A program made the translations under genes and the position numbers. Source: a virus. Taken from it: a stretch of DNA of 64,000 nt. Below are positions 1 through 9,389 of this stretch, piece after piece (the first letter of the stretch is position 1; each line of letters begins with the position of its first letter). Below the pieces are notes generated by a model that was not told the origin of the DNA, searched no databases, and was given only the letters and a program-made list of their open reading frames with translations. Location of the stretch: IMG/VR virus record IMGVR_UViG_3300042453_004683, positions 30,134 through 94,133 of that record. The stretch is one strand, 5' to 3'.

Positions 1-2
1 CA

Positions 3-404
3 GTGAACCTACTTACCTCCACCTTCGTTCCCTCGTACGCCGTGCTCGCGCGCCCGAAGACCCGGCAGGCGTGTGCCGAGTACGTCCGGCGCCTCGCGGG
101 CTTCCCGCCGAACCCGGCCGTCGTCGTGAAGTTGCAGACGGTGGAGAAGCTGGTCTCCCACGGCGCGCTGGGCGAGGAGCCGCCTCACCACGTCCGCCCG
201 TTCGGCCTCTACCTGCTCGCCCGCGTGTTCTACCCGACGGAGTTCAAGGAGCTGCTGGAGGAGGCGGAGGCCGCCGGCGTCTACGGCGAGGTCGCGCCGG
301 ACTTCCACGAGAGGGTGTACGCGGAGTTACGCCTCGTGGTCGCCGCCAAGCAGGGGGCTTGCCCGCCGGACGACTACGGGGTAGATGTCATCGTCATCGA
401 CTAA
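3..404 (+). CDS. hypothetical protein
   Basis: High-GC3 ORF ending in the acidic tail DVIVID; the start is uncertain because it lies at the window edge. Confidence 0.6.
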   Translation: MNLLTSTFVPSYAVLARPKTRQACAEYVRRLAGFPPNPAVVVKLQTVEKLVSHGALGEEPPHHVRPFGLYLLARVFYPTEFKELLEEAEAAGVYGEVAPDFHERVYAELRLVVAAKQGACPPDDYGVDVIVID

Positions 405-434
405 CACCGTGGCGTTAGGCCACAAGGAGGCACA

Positions 435-1301
435 TTGGATCCATTGCACACCGACGAGCGCGGATGGACGCTCTACCACGCCGACTACCGCGACACCCTC
501 GGGGCTGTCGCTGCGTCCGGCGGCGCTGACCTCATCGCCTTCAGCCCGCCCTATTGTGACGCACGCTCCTACGGGATGAGCGTCTCGTGGTGCATGGCCG
601 ATTACGCTTCACTCGGTGATGCGGTATTCGCCGCGCTCAAGCCCGGAGGTCACGCGCTGGTCAACGTCGACGCGCCGGTGCGGGAGTGGCGGCCGGGCTT
701 CGGCACGGAGCGCGGCTTTCACCCGTGGCGCCTGATGCTCGACTGGGCCGAGCGCATCGGCTTCCGAGTGCCCGACAGGCTGGCGTTCGAGCGTTTGGGC
801 AGTCCTGGCGCCTATAGCGGTCGCTTCCGAAACGACTGGGAACCTTTGATCTGGTTCCAGCGCCCAGGTGCGAAGGGGTTCTTCGATCGCTGGCCTCTCG
901 CGGAAGATGCTGTCGGTGGCGCGTACGCGGGAAAGAGCGCGAAAGCGCGGAAGGTTGACGGCAGCCAGAACGTACGAGAGGCGTCGGGGCGCGCAGCCGA
1001 AGAAGGAAAGAAGCATCGCGGCACTGTGTGGCACGTCGGACGCGGCCATTCCGGCGCGCCTGACATCGAGGCTGCCGGGCACCCCGCTCGGTGGCCATAC
1101 AAGCTCGCCTCCGACATTGTGCTGTGCTTCTCAACTCCTGGTGCGCTTGTCTGCGATCCCTTCGTCGGTGCGGGGACTACTGCGGCGGCCGCGCTGGCGC
1201 ATGGGCGACGCTTCGTCGGCGGCGACCTCGGGCTTCGGCAGACCGACGGCGTGCCGTGGGTAACCGTGGCCGACCGGTTGATGCGGCAAAGGCTCGCCTG
1301 A
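435..1301 (+). CDS. amino (N4-C/N6-A) DNA methyltransferase, beta class
   Basis: Motif IV FSPPY precedes motif I DPFVGAGTT; HPARWP motif; AAGGAGG RBS before a TTG start. Confidence 0.9.
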   Translation: MDPLHTDERGWTLYHADYRDTLGAVAASGGADLIAFSPPYCDARSYGMSVSWCMADYASLGDAVFAALKPGGHALVNVDAPVREWRPGFGTERGFHPWRLMLDWAERIGFRVPDRLAFERLGSPGAYSGRFRNDWEPLIWFQRPGAKGFFDRWPLAEDAVGGAYAGKSAKARKVDGSQNVREASGRAAEEGKKHRGTVWHVGRGHSGAPDIEAAGHPARWPYKLASDIVLCFSTPGALVCDPFVGAGTTAAAALAHGRRFVGGDLGLRQTDGVPWVTVADRLMRQRLA

Positions 1302-1302
1302 T

Positions 1303-1875
1303 TTACGCCTCCCAGTAGACCCGCTCGCCGCGGCGGTAGTGCTTCACCCGGATGTCGTTCGCGGTGAAGTGCTTGTCGCTGAGCGTGAAGTAGTTGTTCG
1401 GCAGCAGCGCGAAGCGGCCGCTGTCGAGCGCGACCAGGCTGAGCGGCTTGTGCTCCTGTGGGTAGCGCGAGAACCCGTCCGACCAGTCGACCCCGATCCC
1501 GGTGTGCCTGAGCGGGACCGCGACGGTGCCCTCACCTGACCCGTCATCAAGGCGCCGTCGCTGACGCACGCTCCCGGGCAACCCCTCCAGGTACTCGGCG
1601 TGCCAGACCTCGACGTGGGCGCCCATGCACCCCCACGGCATCAGCTCGGCGGCGTCACCGGACGCGGCCCCCTCGCGCCACGCCAGCGCGTGCACAGGAA
1701 GGCCGCTCCAGTGCGCCCCGGACTGAAGGAGGACGTGGCAGGCCAGGACCTGGCCCTCGCGGCCGTAGACGCCGTGCCAGATGCCCTGCGTGGTGCCCTC
1801 CGGCATCGCGGGGCCGAGGAAGGCGTTGTCGACGTGGACGTACAGGTGGAACGGGAGGCTGGTGTGGCGGGGCAT
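1303..1875 (-). CDS. conserved phage hypothetical protein
   Basis: Good codon bias; HK...G.FA..PNN-type C-terminal motif that I recall from phage proteins. Confidence 0.7.
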   Translation of the reverse strand: MPRHTSLPFHLYVHVDNAFLGPAMPEGTTQGIWHGVYGREGQVLACHVLLQSGAHWSGLPVHALAWREGAASGDAAELMPWGCMGAHVEVWHAEYLEGLPGSVRQRRRLDDGSGEGTVAVPLRHTGIGVDWSDGFSRYPQEHKPLSLVALDSGRFALLPNNYFTLSDKHFTANDIRVKHYRRGERVYWEA

Positions 1876-1979
1876 CGACGACGATCCTCTGGTGAGGGGA
1901 GCCGTTGCCTAACCCGGCTTGACGCCCGGCGCCTCCCGCGGTAGTCGTGTGGTGTTCCTGTCCAGGAGGATCTACGTCG

Positions 1980-2852
1980 ATGTCCCGCCGCCGAAACACC
2001 AAGTACTCGCCCGCACATGCTCCCCCGCCGCCTTCTCCAGAGGCGATCGCGGCGCAGGAGGCGCGCGTCGCTGAGATCTCGGCCGCAGCGTCCGCCGCGA
2101 AGGCGATCTACGACCGTGGTCCCCTCGCCGTCAGTGAAGGGATGTTCGAGTCGCCTCAGACGCGTGTGGATCAGGTCGCGCACTTCGCACGGTCGCGGAC
2201 GTTGTTCCGCATCCCGAACTACCAGCGCGAGAGCGTGTGGACCGCCGAGCAGGCGCGGCATTACGTCTCGGACGTGTTCTGCGGCAACCGCCCTGCGGGA
2301 GTGTTCGTCTTCCGCGAGCGGTCGATCCGCTACAAGGACAACCCGAACAGCGTCCGTGTGCTCGACGTGCTGGACGGCCAGCAGCGGCTCCTGGCGATGG
2401 GCGCGCCGTGCTTCCGCGGGACGGTGGAGGACATCGCCAACCTCCGCGCTCAGCCAGTGTTCGGGCCCGCGCCGTGGTTCGACTTCGAGGCGACAGACTA
2501 CGACAAGTCCTGGCGTGCGACGCCGGCAGACGCGCAGCACGATCTGTCTCGGCTCCTGGACGAGAATATTCGCGACCACACGTTCGTGCCCAGTTGCGTG
2601 CCACTGTTCTACCTCGGCCACCACGCCTGGCGGAAGGCCGTGCGCAAGGACGGCGCTGCGTCGAACGCCCCGCTGGAGATGCGCGCCGCGCACGCATCCT
2701 CCGTGGTCAGCCGCATCAACCTGCTCCTGATCGTCCTCCCGCCGTCGATGCCGCTCGACGCGCTGCGGCTCTGGTTCCGCGCCATCAACAGCGGCGGCAC
2801 GCCGATGTCCGCCGAGGACCTGGAGCGCGCGTTGGCGGCCGACGGCGATTGA
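1980..2852 (+). CDS. stand-alone DUF262 (GmrS/ParB-like NTPase-fold) protein
   Basis: IPNYQRESVW, LDGQQRL and F..INSGGTPMS motifs; AGGAGG RBS; promoter at 1919-1947. Confidence 0.85.
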   Translation: MSRRRNTKYSPAHAPPPPSPEAIAAQEARVAEISAAASAAKAIYDRGPLAVSEGMFESPQTRVDQVAHFARSRTLFRIPNYQRESVWTAEQARHYVSDVFCGNRPAGVFVFRERSIRYKDNPNSVRVLDVLDGQQRLLAMGAPCFRGTVEDIANLRAQPVFGPAPWFDFEATDYDKSWRATPADAQHDLSRLLDENIRDHTFVPSCVPLFYLGHHAWRKAVRKDGAASNAPLEMRAAHASSVVSRINLLLIVLPPSMPLDALRLWFRAINSGGTPMSAEDLERALAADGD

Positions 2853-2909
2853 CGGGTTGCCCGCCGTGGGCGGCCGCGTTACGGGTGATGCGAGGAGATA
2901 CCTTCTACA

Positions 2910-3335
2910 ATGAGCCGCGCCCCTTCATTCCCGACGAACGCCTGGTGGGGCGCCGACGAGCTGACGCCGGACGGCCGCGAGCCGAAAGGTCGGATCGACG
3001 CGCCCTTCCTGATCACGCAGGACCACATGCGCGACCGGAAGCCGCTACCGCTCCCAGACGAGGTGCACGCCATCGTCGGCATCGTCCGCGAGTTCATGCG
3101 CCTGGAGCGCCAGCTCTTGAACGAGTCGCCCCTCGCGCGTCCGTCCGCCGCGCTCGACCTGGTGAAGCGTGGCTACATGGTCAAGGGACCTACAGGGCGG
3201 CTGTCGCTGACGCCGCTCGGGCGGATGATCCAGTGGCGCCTCGCGCAGCTCCGTGCGTACCAGCTCGGCCAGGAGATGCAGCAGGCGCCCGCCGACGTGG
3301 AAGCGTTCATGTCCGATGATGAGGAGAATATCTAA
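2910..3335 (+). CDS. hypothetical protein, possible winged helix
   Basis: LVKRGY...LSLTPLG wing-like motif; TAATG overlap with the next gene. Confidence 0.65.
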   Translation: MSRAPSFPTNAWWGADELTPDGREPKGRIDAPFLITQDHMRDRKPLPLPDEVHAIVGIVREFMRLERQLLNESPLARPSAALDLVKRGYMVKGPTGRLSLTPLGRMIQWRLAQLRAYQLGQEMQQAPADVEAFMSDDEENI

Positions 3336-4210
3336 TGCGTTGCCTTGAACTCTTTGCCGGCGCCGGCGGCGCAGCCATCGGTCTGGAGCGAGCCGGGCTG
3401 ACCCACGCTGCCCTCTGCGAGTGGGACCGCGCTGCATGCGCCACGCTGCGCGCTGCGGGGTTCGGCCCCGTCGTCGAGGGCGACGTGCGCGACATTGACG
3501 CCATCGCCGCCGCGGCGGGGCCCGAACCTATCGGGGCGATCTGGTCCTCTTTCCCCTGCCAAGCCTTCTCCGCCGCCGGGAAGCGCCTCGGCGCCGCCGA
3601 CGAGCGCAACGGGTGGCCGTGGACGGTGGACGCGATCGACCGCTTCCGCCCGACGTGGTTCCTTGGGGAGAATGTTCGCGGGCTGTTGTCGCCTCCTGGC
3701 AATTACCTTGCGCGTGTCATCCTGCCCGACCTGCACGCCCGGTTCGCGTGCGTCGGCTGGTGGCTACTCGACGCCGCCGACTACGGCGTGCCACAGCATC
3801 GGCGGCGGGTCATCCTCTGGGCAGGCCCGCGGCCGTTGGCGATGCCGGCGCCGACGCATGGGCTGGGTCGGCCGCTGCCGTGGGTGGGTGTCAGCGCCGC
3901 TTTGAGCGTCCCTCCTGGTGCGTTCGTTCAGTCAGGTATCTGCCGCTCGGACAAAGGCGGCAGAGGCGCCCCTCGCGAAGTCACTCGTCCGAGTCCGACA
4001 GTGTCAAGTTCCTCGCGGATCTACCTCCAGCGCGATAATGTCATCCGCGCACTGACTCCAAGCGAACACGCGGTGCTTCAGGGCTTTCCTCCGTCTCATC
4101 CATTCAAGGGCACAAAGGCGCGCGTGCACCGGCAGATCGGGAACGCTGTGCCGCCTCTGCTCGCAGAGATGGTCGGGCGCGCTCTCTTGGAGGCTGATTG
4201 TGCGGTCTGA
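3335..4210 (+). CDS. C5-cytosine DNA methyltransferase
   Basis: ELFAGAGG, FPCQAFS, ENVRG, YGVPQHRRR, QIGNAVPP. Confidence 0.95.
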   Translation: MRCLELFAGAGGAAIGLERAGLTHAALCEWDRAACATLRAAGFGPVVEGDVRDIDAIAAAAGPEPIGAIWSSFPCQAFSAAGKRLGAADERNGWPWTVDAIDRFRPTWFLGENVRGLLSPPGNYLARVILPDLHARFACVGWWLLDAADYGVPQHRRRVILWAGPRPLAMPAPTHGLGRPLPWVGVSAALSVPPGAFVQSGICRSDKGGRGAPREVTRPSPTVSSSSRIYLQRDNVIRALTPSEHAVLQGFPPSHPFKGTKARVHRQIGNAVPPLLAEMVGRALLEADCAV

Positions 4211-4595
4211 CATACCTTCTATCCGCCATCGTATCCGCCAGCGCGTCGCCGATGGCCTGTACCGCGTGGCCGACGCCATCGGCGATCTCGCCGACCGCCT
4301 CGACGTGGAGGTCGACGACGAAGACGCCGATGGCGCTGAAGCCGCTGACGGCGATGCCCACGACAAGGACCCGATCGCGATCGCGCTGAAGGGTTGCGTC
4401 GAGATCCCGCACCCGTTACCGAAGGTGATGAGGGACCTCAACAAGCACTACACAGCCATGCAGATCGAAGGCTTCGTCGGCGCCTGGCGCCGGGCGAACG
4501 GGAAGATCCACATCGCCTTCGCCGCGCACGACGAGGCCCTCCTCGATCACCTCAACCGCCACCTCGGCCAAGCCATCGCAGGAATATACGAATGA
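4200..4595 (+). CDS. hypothetical protein with an acidic central patch
   Basis: Overlaps both neighbouring genes; GGAGG RBS. Confidence 0.65.
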   Translation: MRSDIPSIRHRIRQRVADGLYRVADAIGDLADRLDVEVDDEDADGAEAADGDAHDKDPIAIALKGCVEIPHPLPKVMRDLNKHYTAMQIEGFVGAWRRANGKIHIAFAAHDEALLDHLNRHLGQAIAGIYE

Positions 4596-5017
4596 CCTCC
4601 GAGCGCCTCTCCCTCCTTCCCTCTGCCATCCGTGATCGCCGCCGGCTCTCCACGACGAGCACGCTGGACACGCTCCCGGACGCGAACGTGCTGGCGGCGA
4701 TGCTCCGCGACGACCTCCGCGACGCGGGCCTCTTTGTCCGCGTCGGCGTGTGGCAGCCTGATGCGTCGTTGTACGGCAACTACCTGGTGCCGCCGGCGTT
4801 CGGCGGCGTCCACATCTACGCCAGTGACGCCAAGGACAGCCAGCCGGTCGCCTCCATTCTCCTCTGCACGGCCATTGTCATCGTGGTGACGCGGGCCGAC
4901 AACGTGACGACCCGCATCCCGTACGCCGGCCGCGGCTGGCTCGCGGCGACGAAGGCGGCCCTCGTGGCCGAGCACGTCGTCGACGCCCTGGCGACGATCA
5001 AGCCGGCGGGTGTGTGA
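4592..5017 (+). CDS. hypothetical protein
   Basis: ATGA overlap with the previous gene; codon bias. Confidence 0.65.
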   Translation: MTSERLSLLPSAIRDRRRLSTTSTLDTLPDANVLAAMLRDDLRDAGLFVRVGVWQPDASLYGNYLVPPAFGGVHIYASDAKDSQPVASILLCTAIVIVVTRADNVTTRIPYAGRGWLAATKAALVAEHVVDALATIKPAGV

Positions 5018-5078
5018 TGGTGGACTGCCGCGCCTCGCCGGGTTAGGCTGCCCGGCAGCGGAGGTAGGCCGCCCGCCC

Positions 5079-5378
5079 GTGTCCGACTTCACACGCTCTG
5101 TTGCCGCCGCCGTCCGGGAGCTCGAAAGCCCGGACGGCTGGTGCCGTTGTGAAGCGGCCGTACCGGCCGAGGACCGCATCGTCGCTCGCCTCGCCGCGCT
5201 CCTCGACCAGGAGGTGACGCCAGAGCTGGACCTGAACGCGCGCCGCGTCCTGGTCCGGCTGGCCTCCTACAGGGCGCTCCTCCACGAGGACGGTGCCTGG
5301 TCAAAGTCGCGCGCCGACGCGGGGAGGCGTCGGCGGCAACGTGAAGTCGAGGTGGTGGTCGTCAGGCGAAGAAGGTAG
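5079..5378 (+). CDS. hypothetical protein
   Basis: GGAGGT RBS upstream of a GTG start; basic C-terminus. Confidence 0.5.
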   Translation: MSDFTRSVAAAVRELESPDGWCRCEAAVPAEDRIVARLAALLDQEVTPELDLNARRVLVRLASYRALLHEDGAWSKSRADAGRRRRQREVEVVVVRRRR

Positions 5379-5391
5379 AGGCGCCCCACAT

Positions 5392-5955
5392 CTACCGCAT
5401 GTAGCGCGCCTGAAGCGCGCCGACGGCGCCGAGCAGGAACAGCAGCGCCTCGCCGAAGGGCGCGGGGCAGACCGTCCGCGTGAGCGTCTCCCCGGTGCGC
5501 GCCAGGTCCTTCGGCGCCCACTCCAAGGGCAACGGCACCTCGGAGTGCAGCAGTTGCCTCCCGAGCGTGTCCGCGTGGTGGGTGAAGTGGACGCGGCCAA
5601 CGGGCGCGCGGCCCGCCGCCGACTGCCAGGTGATGGACACAGACAACGGCCAGTCGCCGTCGTCGTCGGGGTCGGTCGTGGCGACGTTCTCGCGGAACCA
5701 GTAGGCGATCAACTCGACCAACTGGCCGGTCGTGAGCCACAGCGTCGTGTGGTCGAGGTAGTCGTGCGCCTTGACCTCGCCATCCTCGTCCGCCAGATCC
5801 ACCCGCAGGAGCGTCTGCGCGAGGGTGCTGTCGGGCGCACACGACAGCCGGGCGAGGTTGCCGTCGTCGCAGCCGACCACAATCAGCACGCAGTCAGGCA
5901 CGGCGAAGCAGTCGCTGGCCTCGTACCGGACGGTGACTTCGATGACGCGCGGCAT
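5392..5955 (-). CDS. hypothetical protein
   Basis: Codon bias; last gene of a minus-strand operon. Confidence 0.7.
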   Translation of the reverse strand: MPRVIEVTVRYEASDCFAVPDCVLIVVGCDDGNLARLSCAPDSTLAQTLLRVDLADEDGEVKAHDYLDHTTLWLTTGQLVELIAYWFRENVATTDPDDDGDWPLSVSITWQSAAGRAPVGRVHFTHHADTLGRQLLHSEVPLPLEWAPKDLARTGETLTRTVCPAPFGEALLFLLGAVGALQARYMR

Positions 5956-5957
5956 GT

Positions 5958-6275
5958 TCAGGCCCCCACGCGGGTGACGTGGCGACGAAGGGCCGTCGCG
6001 GCCGAGAACTTGATGTTGGCGCCGACGGTCGAGCCTTCGTCGGCGTCGACGAGGATGCGCGCGGCGCGCTGGAAGGTGCCGAAGCCGCGGAAGGTGACCG
6101 CCGCCTCGGCGATGTCCGGCTTCTGGAGTTGGGTCGAGATGATGCCGTGCTCGGGGTCGAACAGCGCCTCGACGATCTCGCTCGCGGCCGCGAGGTTGAG
6201 GTCGGGGATCCGCTCGGTCAGGAGGCGTGCGACGTCGCGCGCCATCAGGGACGTCGCGCCGGGGAGGCTGCTCAT
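5958..6275 (-). CDS. HU/IHF-fold DNA-binding-like protein with a shortened arm
   Basis: Two N-terminal helices, then VTFRGFGTF and IKFSAATALRRHV. Confidence 0.75.
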   Translation of the reverse strand: MSSLPGATSLMARDVARLLTERIPDLNLAAASEIVEALFDPEHGIISTQLQKPDIAEAAVTFRGFGTFQRAARILVDADEGSTVGANIKFSAATALRRHVTRVGA

Positions 6276-6739
6276 GTGGGGGTGTCCTGGATCTGGAGGC
6301 TGTGGACGCGGACGCCGATGGGCAGCAGGCGCGCGTCGTCCAGACGCACGCCCGGCTGCTCGGACTGGATGATATAGATGCGCAGGTCCTGGTCGACCTC
6401 GCCGACGCACCAGATACCGCGCCGGGTGAACTGCCAGTGGCTCACCGCGCGGCGCATCCCGAACGTGCCGGGCGAGATGCCGAGCACGTCGCGGTGCTCG
6501 TCCTGGATCTGCGGGTCGTAGCAGTTCGCGTCGACGAAGCCGATCGGGGAGACGAAGTACCGCAGCGCACGCGCCGTCTTCGGGTGGCGGATCAGGTCGT
6601 ACATCGTCCAGGTCGCGTACGGCAAGAGCGCCTTGCGGATGTCGTCCTCCGTGAGGAGGCGCCCGTCGACGACCAGCTTCAGCAGGTCCTCCGGGACCTC
6701 GTGGTCGACCGGGATCAGGCGCTTGCGAGACGGCTGCAT
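6272..6739 (-). CDS. hypothetical protein
   Basis: ATGA overlap with the HU-like gene; codon bias. Confidence 0.65.
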   Translation of the reverse strand: MQPSRKRLIPVDHEVPEDLLKLVVDGRLLTEDDIRKALLPYATWTMYDLIRHPKTARALRYFVSPIGFVDANCYDPQIQDEHRDVLGISPGTFGMRRAVSHWQFTRRGIWCVGEVDQDLRIYIIQSEQPGVRLDDARLLPIGVRVHSLQIQDTPT

Positions 6740-6826
6740 CTGGCTTCCGTGTCTGTGGGGCACGCCTCCGCTATCCCGCGTCGTCCTCGGCGTCAAGCGC
6801 CTGGATGTTCCGCTTGAAGTCGTTCA

Positions 6827-7405
6827 TCAGGTGACCACCTTGGCGAGCAGGTCGATCATCTCGTTGAGCGACACGCGCTTCGCGGGCAGCGAGTTGTCGG
6901 CGAGGATGGCGTCGATGTCGTCGGCGACCCCGTAGGCGCTGTCGAACGCGCCGCACGCGATCGTCTTGCGCAGTTCGATCAGGGCACGATGCACGTCGAA
7001 CAGCGTGGACAGGGCGACTACGCCCGCCTTGTCGAGCTGCCGCGCCTTGTCCGCCTTGGCGCCCTCCTCGTCGGCCATCCGCCAGACGTCGAGGAGCGCG
7101 TGCACGAGGGCGCGGCCGACGGTGGTGCCGTAGTACTCCTTTGGCGCGCGGTTGTAGGGGCGCACCAGGAACAGGTAGAGCCCCGCGCCGTCCACGGGAA
7201 ACACGCCGTCGACATCACGGGCGTGCGTTTCCAGGTGGCGCATCAGCGTGCAGTTGGCGTCGTAGCGGGCATAGTCCGCATCACGCATGTCCACCTGGTC
7301 GAGCGTCAGGGCGTCACCGCCCCAGCGCACGTCGGCGTTCAGCCGGTCGAGGTGCGCGTCCATGTCGGCCTCGAAGGCGGCGACGTCATCGGCGATGGTG
7401 CCCAT
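6827..7405 (-). CDS. hypothetical protein
   Basis: TGATG coupling to the upstream gene; codon bias. Confidence 0.7.
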   Translation of the reverse strand: MGTIADDVAAFEADMDAHLDRLNADVRWGGDALTLDQVDMRDADYARYDANCTLMRHLETHARDVDGVFPVDGAGLYLFLVRPYNRAPKEYYGTTVGRALVHALLDVWRMADEEGAKADKARQLDKAGVVALSTLFDVHRALIELRKTIACGAFDSAYGVADDIDAILADNSLPAKRVSLNEMIDLLAKVVT

Positions 7406-7788
7406 CAGGCACCGCCCTTAGCGGAGGTGCAGCCGCGCCAGGTGGCCTCGACGTGGGCGTCACCGTCCGCGTCGGTGTAGGCGTGCGTCTCGTAGAGGTG
7501 CTTGCCGTCCCACGCCGCGAGCTGGTAGGTGCACTCGGCGTCGCTGGGGGCCAGCGTGTTCGCGTCTTCGCTGTACTCGAAGACGCAGTTCGCGAACACC
7601 TCGATGACGACGCCGTTGGCCGTGGCGAGCTGCTCGTTGTCGTCGTCATCCCAGGAGACGTGATCCGCGATGGCGGCGCAGATGGCGTCGACGGCGGCCT
7701 GCGCGGTGAGGCCGCTGAAGCCGCCCACCTCGTCGAAAGCGTCGCACCAGGCGAAGAACATGTCGTCAGTGACGTAGGTACGGGGCAT
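7405..7788 (-). CDS. highly acidic small protein, candidate DNA mimic
   Basis: About 24 D/E versus 4 K/R in 127 aa; AGGAG RBS; first gene after the promoter at 7851-7817. Confidence 0.75.
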   Translation of the reverse strand: MPRTYVTDDMFFAWCDAFDEVGGFSGLTAQAAVDAICAAIADHVSWDDDDNEQLATANGVVIEVFANCVFEYSEDANTLAPSDAECTYQLAAWDGKHLYETHAYTDADGDAHVEATWRGCTSAKGGA

Positions 7789-7861
7789 CGAGGGGCTCCT
7801 GGTCGTTTGAGGTTACTCCACACACGTATCCGGATCGCCCGCCGCCGTCAACGCCTCGCCA

Positions 7862-7900
7862 GCAAAGAACAAGGGCCGGAGGCGTCGCCACCTCCAGCCC
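7862..7900 (-). terminator. intrinsic terminator
   Basis: GGGCTGGAGG/CCTCCGGCCC stem followed by TTGTTCTTT on the minus strand. Confidence 0.75.
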
Positions 7901-7922
7901 TGTCACAAGCGCGCCCCGAGAG

Positions 7923-8801
7923 CTACAGCTCCAGGCAGTTGCCGAGCGTGACCTCGTAGCTGTCGACGTTCCAGCCGCCGTCGAGGCCGCCGTCCCACCG
8001 CTGGCGCGCGCCGAAGCAGAGCGGGCCCTCGCCGCCGACGTCGACCGGTACGGTGACGTGCAGCCAGACCGAGCCGTCGACCAGCGAGTTCGGGAGCGGC
8101 TGCGTGTCGTAGGGGTCGCCGACCTCGCCGTACTCGACGTTCCAGATGTCGAGCGGGCGGTAGCCGCCGAGCGGGCCGGTGCCCTCCTCGCCGACGCCGC
8201 CGTCGGGGTCGCCCATCGGCCCCTCCTCGGGCATGTACTCCAGCAGCTCCTCCGCGGTCAGCGGGTCGCACTCCTCGGACCAGACCTCCAGGTCGAGGTC
8301 GGGGTCGCACTCCCCGAGCGGGTCGCTCGCGTCGCCGGACGCCCACCGCTCGACGTAGCGGTCCATCGGCGCGATGCTGATCATGCCGGGCTGGATGTTC
8401 TCGCCGTAGGGGTCGGCGAGGTAGTCCCACGGCGTCACCAGCAGGACCGCGGCCGGCCAGGCCACCTTGCCGCCGTGGAGCGCCATCCGCTCCATCCACG
8501 CCTTCGCGGCGGGCATGGAGGTGGCGGTGATCATCCGCGAGACGATGTGCTGGAGGGGCGACCGCAGGGCGGCCGGCGCGCGGCGGATCACCATGTTCAT
8601 CTCGGTGATCGCCATCGTGGCGCCGACGACGCGACCTTCCTTGAGGGCCTCCAGCGCCTTGCAGAAGATGGAGGACGTCTGTCCCGCCAGGCGGGCCAGC
8701 TCGGCCTCCTCGGCGGGCGTGATGGCGTGGGCGTCGCGCGGGACGATGGCTGCCGCGGTGAGGGTGATGGCGAGGGCCAGGGAGGGGATGATGGAACGCA
8801 T
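7923..8801 (-). CDS. secreted protein with signal peptide (moron-like)
   Basis: MRSIIPSLALAITLTAAAIVPRDAHA signal with an AxA cleavage site; own promoter TTGACG-N17-TACGAT (8896-8868) and own terminator. Confidence 0.8.
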   Translation of the reverse strand: MRSIIPSLALAITLTAAAIVPRDAHAITPAEEAELARLAGQTSSIFCKALEALKEGRVVGATMAITEMNMVIRRAPAALRSPLQHIVSRMITATSMPAAKAWMERMALHGGKVAWPAAVLLVTPWDYLADPYGENIQPGMISIAPMDRYVERWASGDASDPLGECDPDLDLEVWSEECDPLTAEELLEYMPEEGPMGDPDGGVGEEGTGPLGGYRPLDIWNVEYGEVGDPYDTQPLPNSLVDGSVWLHVTVPVDVGGEGPLCFGARQRWDGGLDGGWNVDSYEVTLGNCLEL

Positions 8802-8903
8802 GGGTGAGTACGTCTCCGGTTGGGTGTTCTACTGAGCCTGTTGGTCGCCCGACGTCCGGGCGGGTGCATCGTAGCCGGGCGGCTGTCAGCCGTCAACGGT
8901 CGA

Positions 8904-9389
8904 TCAGGTCATCTCGACGCGGGGGTCGAAGGCGGCGTTCCACACGCGCATGAGCGCCCGCGCGAGTGCGACGCCCTCGATCGGGTGCCTGCTCAGCAGC
9001 TCGCCGGCATCGCCGAGGGCGTCGCGCACGATGAACGCGCGGAACTCGCCGTCCTCGAACACAGGCAGGCAGACGTACCGCGGGCTCGCGCGGCGGAGCA
9101 TCGCGGCGACGTGTCCCGTCGAGGCGGGGCAGAGCAGATCGGGGTAGGTGCCGGGCTTGACCCATCCGCCTCGGCCGTTGACGTGGAGCGCGTGGGCGAG
9201 TTCGACGCCAACGTACATGCAGTGGATGCGCACCTGCTCGCGTAGCACCTCCAGCGCGCCGTCGCGGGTGTCCGCCGCATCTGCGCCGCTCACGGCGATC
9301 TCTCCAACGGACGCAGCCCATCGCCCGCGGCCGTCCTCCCACACGTCGATGAAGGGCGGGTCGGTGTCATCCGTGCGTACATCATCCAT
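8904..9389 (-). CDS. hypothetical protein with a HicB-like N-terminus
   Basis: EDGRGRWAASV...DTRDGALEVLREQV resembles the HicB N-terminal fold. Confidence 0.55.
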   Translation of the reverse strand: MDDVRTDDTDPPFIDVWEDGRGRWAASVGEIAVSGADAADTRDGALEVLREQVRIHCMYVGVELAHALHVNGRGGWVKPGTYPDLLCPASTGHVAAMLRRASPRYVCLPVFEDGEFRAFIVRDALGDAGELLSRHPIEGVALARALMRVWNAAFDPRVEMT

